Positions 22,837 to 32,519 of a DNA stretch of 64,000 nucleotides are shown in pieces. Numbering within the stretch: position 1 is the first letter of the stretch; the number at the start of each line of letters is the position of its first letter. The translations under genes were made by a program, and so were the position numbers. The stretch comes from an uncultured Candidatus Binatia bacterium (GTDB lineage: Bacteria > Desulfobacterota > Binatia > UBA9968 > JAJDTQ01): the NCBI GenBank assembly GCA_964291295.2, contig OZ219754.1:1408001-1472000 (forward strand), given 5' to 3'. A model generated the notes under the pieces. The model saw only the letters and a program-made list of their open reading frames with translations. It did no database searches and was not told the origin of the DNA.

Positions 22837-23606
22837 AGCATATTCCAACAAGAAGATGAGGCTATGCAGGGTGCCGCGGGAGGGTGGAGGGTTCGACCAC
22901 GAGGTTGATGAGGTAGAGCGCTTGGCACCGTCGCGGTCGCTCTGCTGGACGGTGTCCACGCGCAGCGGCGGTTGGGCTGCGGGGCGCGCCGTTCGTCCAC
23001 GGTCCCGGCGTCCGCACGGGTGCCGACGACAACGGTGCGGACGCCTCGGGTAGATACGGGAGCCACGCAGTTTCTAGAGGTGGTTCGGCCGAGATCTCGG
23101 CCCGCGGCTCGAAGCGCGGATCCCGGAAGGGATGGAACAGGGGCTGCAGCACCACCCGCGTGGCCAAGCCTGACATCTGGCCCAAGTCCTCGTCCACCCG
23201 CGCCAGTAGTCGCATGACCGCCGGCGAGCAGAGCCGGGCGAAGGGCGGTAGCCCTGGCGTCGGTGCACGACCCGGCTGGTCTTGCGGAACGGGCGAATCA
23301 GCGGGGTGCTCGAGAGTAGGCGGTGGTCTTTTCCAGAAAGCGCATCACCGGCGTTTTGGACGGTTTGTCCAAACCACTGTAGCCGAGGCGCCCCAAGGTC
23401 GGTTTGAGGAACTCGCAGGTGTCGGTGGGGTGAAAGTCTACAGGCTTGCGCGCCTCGACGAAGGCGGCAATCGGTTCGATAGTGCCCAAGGGTACCGTTC
23501 GAGGTGTCACGATCATTTTATGACGATCCCCGACACCCCAGCTTCAGGCTCACATTGCATTGGAATCGCTTCAGGCTTTCAGGCTCACATTGCGTTGGAC
23601 AAGACT
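22837..23606 (-). mobile_element. Internally deleted IS remnant retaining the transposase 5' part
   Basis: Ends AGCATATTCCAACAAGAAGATGAGG and TTCAGGCTCACATTGCGTTGGACAAGACT shared with 27078-27771; frameshifted MIVTPRT...FLEKTTAYSRA and RLLARVDEDLGQMSGLATR fragments. Confidence 0.7.
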
Positions 23607-23611
23607 GCTGC

Positions 23612-23640
23612 TTGACAGTGGGGGGGGGGGGGGGTAAAGT
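23612..23640 (+). promoter_or_regulatory. Putative phase-variable sigma70 promoter with poly-G spacer
   Basis: TTGACA (23612-23617), GT + G15 (17-nt spacer), TAAAGT (23635-23640). Confidence 0.7.
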
Positions 23641-23701
23641 CTGAATCCGTGACAGGATCACGAGGGTATCGACGTGGCGGCGCTGGCCGAATCCGACTTG
23701 G

Positions 23702-23800
23702 GGAAGGTCCGAACGACCCCGGATTTGCTGGGGCTGAATCAATACAATCCACAGGTTGTGAGTGGCTCAATGTCGCGCCATGGCCTTGTTCGGACGTTCC
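23702..23800. mobile_element. 99-bp IS5-type MITE with 4-bp target duplication
   Basis: TIRs GGAAGGTCCGAACG / TGTTCGGACGTTCC (12/14 match), flanked by TTGG on both sides. Confidence 0.7.
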
Positions 23801-24024
23801 TTGGACTTCATGGGGTGAGGCACGCGATTGCGAAGGAGTTGAGCAATTTATCCATGAGGAAGTGAGAAGGACGACTTTGACGGCATAAGCAAGACGGATC
23901 GGGAGACTTGTTCAAACCATACCCTCCTGAATGCCTGCTGAGGTTGCCGGAGGGAAGTTCCGTGGCATTGTGCCAAGGCCCGTCGTACCAGAGCTGTTTT
24001 TGAAGGCGGCAGGGGAGCTCGAGA

Positions 24025-25848
24025 ATGAAAAGGACGAGGAGAATATTGATGTACGGAATGATGCACGGGATGATGCACGGGATGATGCACAGGAACCTGG
24101 CGGCGGTCTTCTGCGCGGTGGTGTTGGCCTTCGGGCTGGCGGCATGCGGAGGCAGCAGCAACAACAACCGGACCCCGGCGACGACCCCGGATCCGCCGCC
24201 GGCGGGGCCGACGGCAGTGGAGACGGCGATCAAGGAGGCCCGGACGGCGGCGATGGCGGCGTCGGGCAAGGCCAAGACGGCGTCGGACAACGCGGGGACG
24301 TCGGCGGATGAGGCGGAAGCGGCGATCCTGGGTGTCGTGCCCGTTTTCACTCCCAAGGGGGAGATGACGGCGAAGAGCTACGCGGATGCGGCCCGGACGG
24401 CGGCGGACATGGCGAAGGCGGAGTACGACAAGGCCAAGATGGAGTCGGACAAGGCTGCGGCCACGAGCGACTTGCGTGTGGCGGCCCAGGCCGAAGTCGC
24501 AGCCGAGGCGGCGCAGGCGAAGGCCGAGGCTCAGGCGGCGATGGCCGCGGAAAAGGCGAAGATGGCGAAGGAGGCCGCGGCCAAGGAGGTTCGGCGTGTC
24601 GAGGGCATGACCTACAGGTACGGCGACACGACCATCACGGCGGGTGCACCCTATGCCAAGCTCACGACCGGGGGCAAGACCATCGAGACCGGCAAGCGCG
24701 GCAACATCGACGAGAAATCACGGAATTACCGAAAGGAACCCGTCCAATACGTGGCGGCAACGGCAAACAAGCCGGAGGTGGTTTCCCGGACGGGAATCCA
24801 TGCACGGACCATCCCCGTCGGTTCCTACAACGACTCGGAGAAGTCCCGTTTCTGGCTGATGGACAAGTATGTCCGCAACACCAAGGGGGTGAAGGCCTAC
24901 CGCAGGGCGAAGGACGCCAGCGATCAGCCCATCAACGTGACCGCCCCGATCACGGTCGAGAACCCGTTCGGTTCGGTCACGGTAGGGGAAAAGACCTACA
25001 AGGTCATGCGGGCGGAGGGGGAGTTCCATATTCTTGATACCCCGGAGTCGAAGAAACTGGACAAGACGAATGCCTGGGACTGGATCAATGGGGGCACCAA
25101 GGACGCGAATGCGGGCGTGGGCGTCTACTACTACAACAACGGCAGCAAGGACATCTATCTTCTGCGCACCGGAACGAGCGGGACCGACAACTTCACCTAC
25201 CGGCAGATTTTCGTCTACGATGTGCCGGATTTCCCGGAGGCGAGGCCCTATGAGCACATGAACTACGGGATGTGGCACACGCAGAAGTCAGGCAGGACCA
25301 ACCTTGGCATCTCATTCGTCACGGTGCTGCCCGATGGCGAGGGCATGACCCCGGCGGCCAACATGCCAGGCTTCGGCAGTGCCACCTACAGGGGTAATGC
25401 AATTTGGCAACACCGCGCACAGCACGCTCAAGGCGAAGGAGGTATCTCCGGTCTTGACGGAACCTCAACCACAACGGTGGATTTCGGGAAAAGCACCATC
25501 AAGACCGATATTTATCGCGCGCACTTCTTGTTGCAAGGCGGATATGACGGGATTATCGCCACATTCCACGGCACCATCGACGGGAACGGGTTCTCGGGCA
25601 GCAAAGTGACCAATGTCAACGCCGAAGGCGCCGGCTACGATACACCGGGATTTCTGGCTGGCTATCAGGCCCGCCATCGTACTGCATTGAAGCTGGCCAC
25701 GAGCGTGGACGGCAGCCTGTACGAGGTGAGGGAGTACAGCGGCCATTTCTTCGGGCCGGACGCCGAAGAGGTGGGCGGCGTGTTCGACATCACGTCCAAG
25801 GACAAGAAGAACGGCGAGTTGCGCGGCTCCTTCGGCGGCCGCAGGTAG
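24025..25848 (+). CDS. Surface lipoprotein A: Ala-rich stalk plus C-terminal TbpB-like beta-barrel (predicted Slam substrate)
   Basis: Lipobox LAA-C, Ala/Lys/Glu coiled-coil, MP..GSATYRG, GHFFGPDAEEVGGVF...GSFGGRR; directly upstream of a Slam gene. Confidence 0.85.
   Translation: MKRTRRILMYGMMHGMMHGMMHRNLAAVFCAVVLAFGLAACGGSSNNNRTPATTPDPPPAGPTAVETAIKEARTAAMAASGKAKTASDNAGTSADEAEAAILGVVPVFTPKGEMTAKSYADAARTAADMAKAEYDKAKMESDKAAATSDLRVAAQAEVAAEAAQAKAEAQAAMAAEKAKMAKEAAAKEVRRVEGMTYRYGDTTITAGAPYAKLTTGGKTIETGKRGNIDEKSRNYRKEPVQYVAATANKPEVVSRTGIHARTIPVGSYNDSEKSRFWLMDKYVRNTKGVKAYRRAKDASDQPINVTAPITVENPFGSVTVGEKTYKVMRAEGEFHILDTPESKKLDKTNAWDWINGGTKDANAGVGVYYYNNGSKDIYLLRTGTSGTDNFTYRQIFVYDVPDFPEARPYEHMNYGMWHTQKSGRTNLGISFVTVLPDGEGMTPAANMPGFGSATYRGNAIWQHRAQHAQGEGGISGLDGTSTTTVDFGKSTIKTDIYRAHFLLQGGYDGIIATFHGTIDGNGFSGSKVTNVNAEGAGYDTPGFLAGYQARHRTALKLATSVDGSLYEVREYSGHFFGPDAEEVGGVFDITSKDKKNGELRGSFGGRR
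24046..24093 (+). repeat. 12-nt in-frame repeat ATGATGCACGGG (MMHG) x3-4 in the signal peptide region
   Basis: Direct reading; also present at about 49088-49135. Confidence 0.9.
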
Positions 25849-25886
25849 TAAACAGGTCGCCGTCACCGGCGGTGGTTCACGGAGCG

Positions 25887-25928
25887 GGGCGCCCGATCCA
25901 TCTCCGGATCGGGCGCCCTTTTCTTTTT
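25887..25928 (+). terminator. Intrinsic terminator/attenuator between lipoprotein A and slam
   Basis: 13-bp stem GGGCGCCCGATCC/GGATCGGGCGCCC followed by TTTTCTTTTT. Confidence 0.8.
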
Positions 25929-25952
25929 CGACAGCCGCCGGGGAGGCTGTGG

Positions 25953-27060
25953 ATGAACCGTTACACGAGTTTCGTTGGCATTTCGTTGGCACAATGCTGC
26001 TCGCGCTGGTTCTGGCGACCGCGCCCGCGGAGGGCCAGCAGCCGCCTCCGGAGCTGTCCGCCGAGGCGCTGATCGATACCGCGCGGGCGGCCTTGGCAAA
26101 GGGCGAGCCGGAAGACGCCGCGTTCCTGCTCGACGGTGTGAAACCGGGCGAGGGGAACCCCGACGATCTCGACTTTCTGCGCGGCTCCATCGCGATGCAG
26201 CGCGGGGAGTGGCAGGAGGCGATGGCACGGTTCCGGGCGATGCTGGCGCGCAATCCCGATCTGCCCCGGGTGCGGCTCGACTTGGCGTTGGCCTATTTTC
26301 AGGCAGAGGATGACGGCAATGCGGCCTGTCATTTCCGCCTGGCGCTGGGTGCGAAGGACCTGCCCGAGACGGTGCGCGCCTCGGCGCTCGCCTTCCTCCA
26401 CCGCATCCGGCGGCGCAAGCGATGGTCGGTTACCGGCTCGGTGGCGGTTGTGCCCGACACCAACAGCAACGCCAGGACCGATGCCCGGGAGATCCTCCTG
26501 TTCGGCCAGCGGGCCACGCTGTCGGAGGATGCGCGCCGGACCAGCGGCGTCGGGGTGACGGTCAGCCTGTCGGGCGGTTACGAAGGGCGGATTTCGCCCG
26601 ACCTGCGGTTCCGGGTCGGCGGCGGGCTCCGGACGCGAACCTGCCGGGAGAGCGATTTCAACGAACAGATCGTCGAACCTGTACGCCGGGCCGCGCTTCC
26701 TGTTCGACAAGTTCGACCTGCGTCCCGACGTAACCGCGCGGCAGCGCTGGCTCGGCGGCACCGCCTGCAGCTTGGCGCTGGGTATCGGGCTTTCGGGCGG
26801 GGCAGACATGGCGGCTGGGCGCGTCGCTCAGTCGCGAGCGGATCGACTACGAGGAGGGCAATCTCGGCGAGGGCAACCTCGATTCCGTCGGGCTCAACCT
26901 CACCCATGCGCTGGACAAGGCGACGCTGTTGCGGGCCGACATCACATGGAGCAGTGAGACGCTGGACCTGGACCCCCATTCCTGGCGTGAGTTCCTCATC
27001 GGATTGACGGTTTCACGCGAGTTGCCCCCGGGCTTCGTGGCCAGCGGGGGGACCACTTGG
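25953..27060 (+). pseudogene. Disrupted Slam (DUF560) copy
   Basis: Near-identical to 51000-52100 but with an 11-nt duplication at 25970-25991, +1 G near 26675, an 11-nt deletion near 26798, and truncation just before the IS end. Confidence 0.85.
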
Positions 27061-27077
27061 TTCTTGGCAGATGGCTC

Positions 27078-27771
27078 AGCATATTCCAACAAGAAGATGA
27101 GCCTGTGCAGGGGGCCGCGGGAGGGTTGAGGGAGGCAGAGTGGAGGAGTTGCCTCGTGAGGGTAATCCATGAGCTGTTTTCGGGAGAGGTTTCTGGAAGA
27201 GACAGGGTATCGGAGGGGGTGCGGAGGGGAGAGGAAGTGATCAAGGAGAGTGGTCGATGGAGAGGAAGAGGTGGTTGCGGGCGGCGTTGAGGGCACGTGC
27301 GGCTTGCAGGCGGCTCGTGGCGTGGGCTTGGGCGTCGAGGGTGGCGAAGGAGATGCCGGGTTTGAGCGAGGCTGCGGCGTCGGGGAGGGAGCGGAACCTG
27401 GCGTAGGGGGTGCAGACGTCGCCGGGGCGATAGACGCGCTGGATGGAGCCGGGGTGCTGGGAGGGGAACAGACAGGGGCGGTGGTAGTTGAGGAAGGGGG
27501 AGATGTGCTGGCGGAGGAAGGCATCGAGCAGGGGGCGAAGCGCGTGGGCATGGCCGAGGAAGCGTCGCAGGACGTGGGCATTCTTGCTTTCGACAAGGGA
27601 GTTGTCGGTGGAACGCCGTGGTCGGGACTTGGTGAAGTCTCGGACATGCAGTTTGTTGAGGAGTGTGGTTGATGTACTCCGAGCCATTGTCGGCATGGAA
27701 ACCGAGGATGACGAAGGAAAACAGGCCGATTCGCTTCACGCTTTCAGGCTCACTTTGCATTGGACAAGACT
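27078..27771 (-). mobile_element. Internally deleted IS remnant retaining the rve/DDE catalytic 3' part
   Basis: GFHADNGSEYIN, FTKSRPRRSTDNSLVESKN, FLNYHRPCLFP, TPYARFRSLP; same terminal sequences as 22837-23606. Confidence 0.8.
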
Positions 27772-27936
27772 GGGTTTCGCCAGGGCGCGAGAAATGTTGT
27801 AAGCTCGGTGATCCGGGGCCGCCCCGGGTTCGGTGCCCGGCCTCGGTGCCCGGCCTGAGGCTTGGGCGGCGTTGCCGCCGTCAGGCCCGAACCGACAACT
27901 CGGCGAGTACCGAGAGTGGAAAGCGAGTCGCGAGTG

Positions 27937-29100
27937 ATGTTCGACAAGGCCAAGCGCATCCAGGAGTTGCCGCCGTATCTGTTCGCCGAGATCGACCGGA
28001 AGAAGCGGGCCGCACTGGCAAGGGGAGTGGATCTGATCGACCTGGGGATCGGCGACCCGGACCTCCCCACGCCCGGAAGGATCATTCAGCGGCTTGCGGA
28101 GACCGCCGCCGAACCGGCCAACCACCGCTATCCCAGCAGTGCGGGCATGATGGCGTTCCGCCAGGCGGTGGCCGACTGGTACGGGCGTCGCTTCGGCGTG
28201 ACCCTGGACGCCGCCACCGAGGTGGTTTCGCTCATCGGCTCCAAGGAGGGGGTGGCCAACATGGCCGTGGCCTTCGTGGACCCCGGCGACGTGGTGCTGG
28301 TGCCCACTCCCGCCTATCCGGTGTACGAGATCGGCACCCGATTCAACGGCGGCGAGGTCTTCTCGCTGCCGCTGCGGCGCGAGAACGGCTTCCTGCCCGA
28401 TCTGTCGCGCATCCCCGGGGACGTGCTCGAGCGGGCGAAGATGCTGTGGCTCAACTATCCCAACAACCCCACCGGCGCGGTGGCGGACGAGCGTTTCCTC
28501 AAGGACGCGGTGGATTTCGCCCGCCGCCACCGGATCGTCCTGTGCCACGACGCCGCCTACACGGAGCTTGGCTTCGACGGCTATCGCGCCCCCAGCATCC
28601 TGCAGGTGGAGGGTGCGAAGGACGTTGCCATGGAGTTCCATTCGCTGTCGAAGACGTTCAACATGACCGGCTGGCGCATCGCCATGGCGGTGGGCAACCC
28701 GGAACTGGTGGGAACCTTGGCCCAGGTGAAGTCCAATGTCGATTCGGGGGTCTTTCAGCCCGTGCAGCAGGCGGCCATCCTCGCCCTCGAGCACGCGGAG
28801 GATTTTCTCGGACCCATTCGCGAGGTCTATCAGGAGAGGCGGGACACCTTGATCGATGGACTCCAGCGGGCGGGCTTCGAGCTCCCGCCGCCCCGGGCCA
28901 CGTTCTACGTCTGGCTGCCCGTCCCCCACGGATGGACATCCACGGCCTTCACGGCCCGTCTTCTCGACGAAGCCGGCATCGTCACGACTCCGGGCAACGG
29001 CTTTGGCGAACCCGGCGAGGGTTTCATCCGGATGACGTTGTGCTCTCCCGCCGACCGTCTCGAGGAGGCCGTGGAACGGCTCCGGCGGGTCAGCCTGTAG
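27937..29100 (+). CDS. dapL: LL-diaminopimelate aminotransferase-like class I aminotransferase
   Basis: LPPYLFAEID, LIGSKEG, NYPNNPTG, HDAAY, SLSKTFNMTGWR. Confidence 0.8.
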   Translation: MFDKAKRIQELPPYLFAEIDRKKRAALARGVDLIDLGIGDPDLPTPGRIIQRLAETAAEPANHRYPSSAGMMAFRQAVADWYGRRFGVTLDAATEVVSLIGSKEGVANMAVAFVDPGDVVLVPTPAYPVYEIGTRFNGGEVFSLPLRRENGFLPDLSRIPGDVLERAKMLWLNYPNNPTGAVADERFLKDAVDFARRHRIVLCHDAAYTELGFDGYRAPSILQVEGAKDVAMEFHSLSKTFNMTGWRIAMAVGNPELVGTLAQVKSNVDSGVFQPVQQAAILALEHAEDFLGPIREVYQERRDTLIDGLQRAGFELPPPRATFYVWLPVPHGWTSTAFTARLLDEAGIVTTPGNGFGEPGEGFIRMTLCSPADRLEEAVERLRRVSL

Positions 29101-29110
29101 CGGCGGGACC

Positions 29111-29623
29111 GTGCCGCATCGCGCCTACATCGGGGTGGGCTCGAACCAGGGGAACAGGGAGGCCAACTGCCGCCGCGCCGTCGGCGAGATCGGACGGATG
29201 CCGCAAACCCGTGTGCGGCAGGTTTCGACATGGTTCACCACCGAGCCGTGGGGCGCGGCCAGCACCCAATGGTACGTCAACGGCGTCGTGGCGGTGGACA
29301 CCGGACTGCAACCGCGGACCCTCCTGCAACACTGTCAGGCTCTCGAGAGAAAGATGGGCCGCCGACCCAGCCCGCGGCGCTGGACGGACCGGGTGATGGA
29401 TCTGGACATCCTCTTTTTCGATGATATGGTTCTGGATGGAGCGGACCTGACCATCCCGCACCCGGAGCTTCACCGGCGCCGGTTCATGCTCGTTCCGCTG
29501 TGCGAAATCGCGCCGGACCTGGAACACCCGCGTCTGGGAAGCGATATCCGGGGGCTCCTGGCCCGGGTCGAGGACGACAAGCGGGTCCGCAAGGCAGCCT
29601 CCGCCGGGGGCGCCGGCCATTGA
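29111..29623 (+). CDS. folK: 2-amino-4-hydroxy-6-hydroxymethyldihydropteridine pyrophosphokinase
   Basis: AYIGVGSNQG, RVMDLDIL, LTIPHPELHRRRF. Confidence 0.93.
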   Translation: MPHRAYIGVGSNQGNREANCRRAVGEIGRMPQTRVRQVSTWFTTEPWGAASTQWYVNGVVAVDTGLQPRTLLQHCQALERKMGRRPSPRRWTDRVMDLDILFFDDMVLDGADLTIPHPELHRRRFMLVPLCEIAPDLEHPRLGSDIRGLLARVEDDKRVRKAASAGGAGH

Positions 29624-29636
29624 CCGCGGCACTGCC

Positions 29637-29870
29637 ATGTTCCTCAGGTTCCTGATACTGGGTTTGCTGGTCTATCTGTTCCTGGTGCTGCTCTACTCGG
29701 GCATCCGGCGCAAGGGCAGGGGAGACGGCGCCGACGCGTCCCGGGGCGAATCCATGGTGCTCGACCCCCACTGCAAGAGCTACGTCCCCAGGAACGAAGC
29801 CTACCGTTCGCACGGCCACTACTTCTGCAGCGAAGCGTGCGCCCAGGCCTACGCCGGCCCGCAGGGTTAG
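29637..29870 (+). CDS. Small membrane-anchored TRASH/YHS-like metal-binding protein
   Basis: N-terminal TM, MVLDPHCKSYVP...YFCSEAC. Confidence 0.75.
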   Translation: MFLRFLILGLLVYLFLVLLYSGIRRKGRGDGADASRGESMVLDPHCKSYVPRNEAYRSHGHYFCSEACAQAYAGPQG

Positions 29871-29937
29871 GCCGCATTCATTCCTCCGGCAGCGGCCCGT
29901 GGAGACCCCTCTCCACCCGGCCCGCGGCTTGGCACGC

Positions 29938-30507
<570 letters not shown>

Positions 30508-30520
30508 GTCCTGTTCCGCG

Positions 30521-32026
30521 CTACCGCTCTTTCCGCCAGGCTTCCGCCAGTTCCATGGCCTTGAGCATGCCGCGCGCCTTGTTGAGGGTCTCTTCGTACT
30601 CGGCGGCCGGATCGGAGTCCGCCACGATGCCGGCGCCGGCCTGAATGACGGCCTTGCCGTCGTGAACGGTCATGGTGCGGATGGCGATGCAGGTGTCCAG
30701 ATTGTTGTCGAAGCTCAGGTAGCCCACGGCGCCGGCGTAAAGCCCCCGCCTCTGCGGCTCCAGTTCGCTGATGATCTGCATGGCCCTGACCTTGGGCGCT
30801 CCCGAGACTGTCCCGGCGGGGAAGCAGGAGCCGAGCAGGTCCAGCGGCGTCTTCCCGCGCGCCATCTCGCCCTTGATGTTGGAGACGATGTGCATGACGT
30901 GGGAATAGCGCTCGATGGTCATGAGCTGGTCCACCTCCACCGAGCCGACCCTGGCCACCCGGCCCACGTCATTGCGTCCGAGGTCCACCAGCATGATGTG
31001 CTCCGCCCGCTCCTTGGGGTCGGCCAGCAGCTCCGCCTCCAGGTCCCGTTCTTCCTTGGCGTCCCGGCCGCGCGGCCGGGTGCCGGCGATGGGCCTCAGC
31101 TCGATGTGCCGCCTGGTGAGGCGGACGAGTATCTCCGGGGAGGAGCCGATGATCTTGAGGTCGTCCAGTTCCAGGAAGAACATGTAGGGGGAAGGGTTGG
31201 TGAACCGGAGGGCGCGGTAGATCTCGAACGGCTCGACCCGCGTGCGCGCCTCCAGCCGCTGGGACAGAACCACCTGGATGACATCCCCCGCCGCGATGTA
31301 CTCCTTGCCCTTGCGCACCATGTCGTGGAAAGCCTGCGGCGTGACGTTGGAGCGGTACCGGACGCTGGATCCGGAACCGGTGAGGCTCCGGGCCTCCAGG
31401 GTCTTGGGTGATTTCCGCAGCGAGGAGCGCAGGTTCTCGATGCGGGAGACGGCGTCGCCGTAGAGGGCCCGGAGGCGTGCGCCCTTTTCGATGACAACGT
31501 TGTCGATGATGGTGATGGTGTGCTTGAGGTTGTCGAAACTCACCAGGGTTCGCACCAGCAGAAAGTAGACGTCGGGGAAGCGGCTGGCCCGTTCCCGCGC
31601 GTTGGCAACCCCGTGCAGCCTCTCCACGGCGTCGTAAGCGACGTAGCCCAGCGCACCGCCGGTGAAGGGAAGGTCCGGCAACACGGTGGCGGGCCGGTAT
31701 CCCGCGACGATCTCCGCCAGCGCCTCCAACGGGTTGTCGCAGGTCCACGACTCCGTCTTCCCCCCGCGCCTGCCCTCCCCCCGCGTGATCTCCACGTCGC
31801 GGCCCCATGCCCTGAAGACCAGTTCGGGCGCCGTGCCCAGGAACGAATAGCGCGCCCAGCGCTCGCTGCCTTCCACGCTTTCCAGCAGGAACGCGTGGCG
31901 GCTCTTCCTGAGCCGGTTGTAGAAGGATACCGGGGTCTCGAGGTCCATCAGGGTCTCTTCGCAGACCGGCACCACGTTGCCCTGTCTGGCGAGTTCCGCG
32001 AACTCGCGGTACGAAGGCTGGATCAT
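30521..32026 (-). CDS. trpE: Anthranilate synthase component I
   Basis: LLES Trp-feedback motif, NPSPYMF, RPIAGTRPRG, EHIMLVDLGRND, GAPKVRAM. Confidence 0.93.
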   Translation of the reverse strand: MIQPSYREFAELARQGNVVPVCEETLMDLETPVSFYNRLRKSRHAFLLESVEGSERWARYSFLGTAPELVFRAWGRDVEITRGEGRRGGKTESWTCDNPLEALAEIVAGYRPATVLPDLPFTGGALGYVAYDAVERLHGVANARERASRFPDVYFLLVRTLVSFDNLKHTITIIDNVVIEKGARLRALYGDAVSRIENLRSSLRKSPKTLEARSLTGSGSSVRYRSNVTPQAFHDMVRKGKEYIAAGDVIQVVLSQRLEARTRVEPFEIYRALRFTNPSPYMFFLELDDLKIIGSSPEILVRLTRRHIELRPIAGTRPRGRDAKEERDLEAELLADPKERAEHIMLVDLGRNDVGRVARVGSVEVDQLMTIERYSHVMHIVSNIKGEMARGKTPLDLLGSCFPAGTVSGAPKVRAMQIISELEPQRRGLYAGAVGYLSFDNNLDTCIAIRTMTVHDGKAVIQAGAGIVADSDPAAEYEETLNKARGMLKAMELAEAWRKER

Positions 32027-32054
32027 GGATCTCCTGCGTAACATGAAAGGGTGG

Positions 32055-32519
32055 ATGATGGAACGCCGCCCCCGGCGCCGGGGCGCCGCCGCGCTGGCTT
32101 GCGCGCTCCTGCTCGGGGCTCAGGCCGCCTGCCGCCACGCTCCGTCGGTGGTCTTCGAAGGTCCCGATGGAACCCGGGTCCGCTTCCGGGTGGAGGTGGC
32201 CGACACCGCCGAGAAGCGGCGGTGGGGGTTGATGTACCGCCGCCACCTGGAGGCGGACCAAGGCATGCTGTTCGTGTTTCCGGAAGAGAAGGTCCAGTCG
32301 TTCTGGATGAAGAACACACCCCTTTCCCTGGACATCATTTTCATGGACCGGAGCCGTCGGGTGGTGGGGATCGTCCGTGATACCGTGCCGTTCTCCACCC
32401 GTTCCGTGGGCGTGGCGGCACCCAGCCGGTATGTGCTGGAGGTGCGCGCCGGTCTGGCGCGCCGTCATGGCATCGCGGTGGGCGCCGCCGCCCGCTTCCG
32501 GCGCGTCAGATCTCCCTGA
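32055..32519 (+). CDS. DUF192 family protein
   Basis: VEVADT, GLMYR, GMLFVF, FWMKNT, DIIF, YVLEV. Confidence 0.88.
   Translation: MMERRPRRRGAAALACALLLGAQAACRHAPSVVFEGPDGTRVRFRVEVADTAEKRRWGLMYRRHLEADQGMLFVFPEEKVQSFWMKNTPLSLDIIFMDRSRRVVGIVRDTVPFSTRSVGVAAPSRYVLEVRAGLARRHGIAVGAAARFRRVRSP

Noticed and set aside
22009-22959. N-terminal extensions in the ORF track (S8 to 22959, GroEL to 6848, Mpl from 7709, KdsA from 55224, the 43929 ORF to 45587)
   Set aside because: They overlap other genes or non-coding DNA; starts were placed at family N-termini instead
25378-25560. Diversity-generating retroelement as the cause of the A/D differences
   Set aside because: No reverse transcriptase or template repeat in the window, several differences involve third positions or do not fit an AAY-type template, and the fold is not a typical DGR target; a remote DGR cannot be fully excluded
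25846-25880. Integron attC site after each lipoprotein (AAC...GTT dyad)
   Set aside because: Too short for attC, lacks the RYYYAAC/GTTRRRY box structure, and no integron integrase is present
25985-26002. Sigma-54 promoter TGGCAC...TGC near the slam start
   Set aside because: GG-to-GC spacing is one base short of the -24/-12 consensus and the site lies in coding sequence
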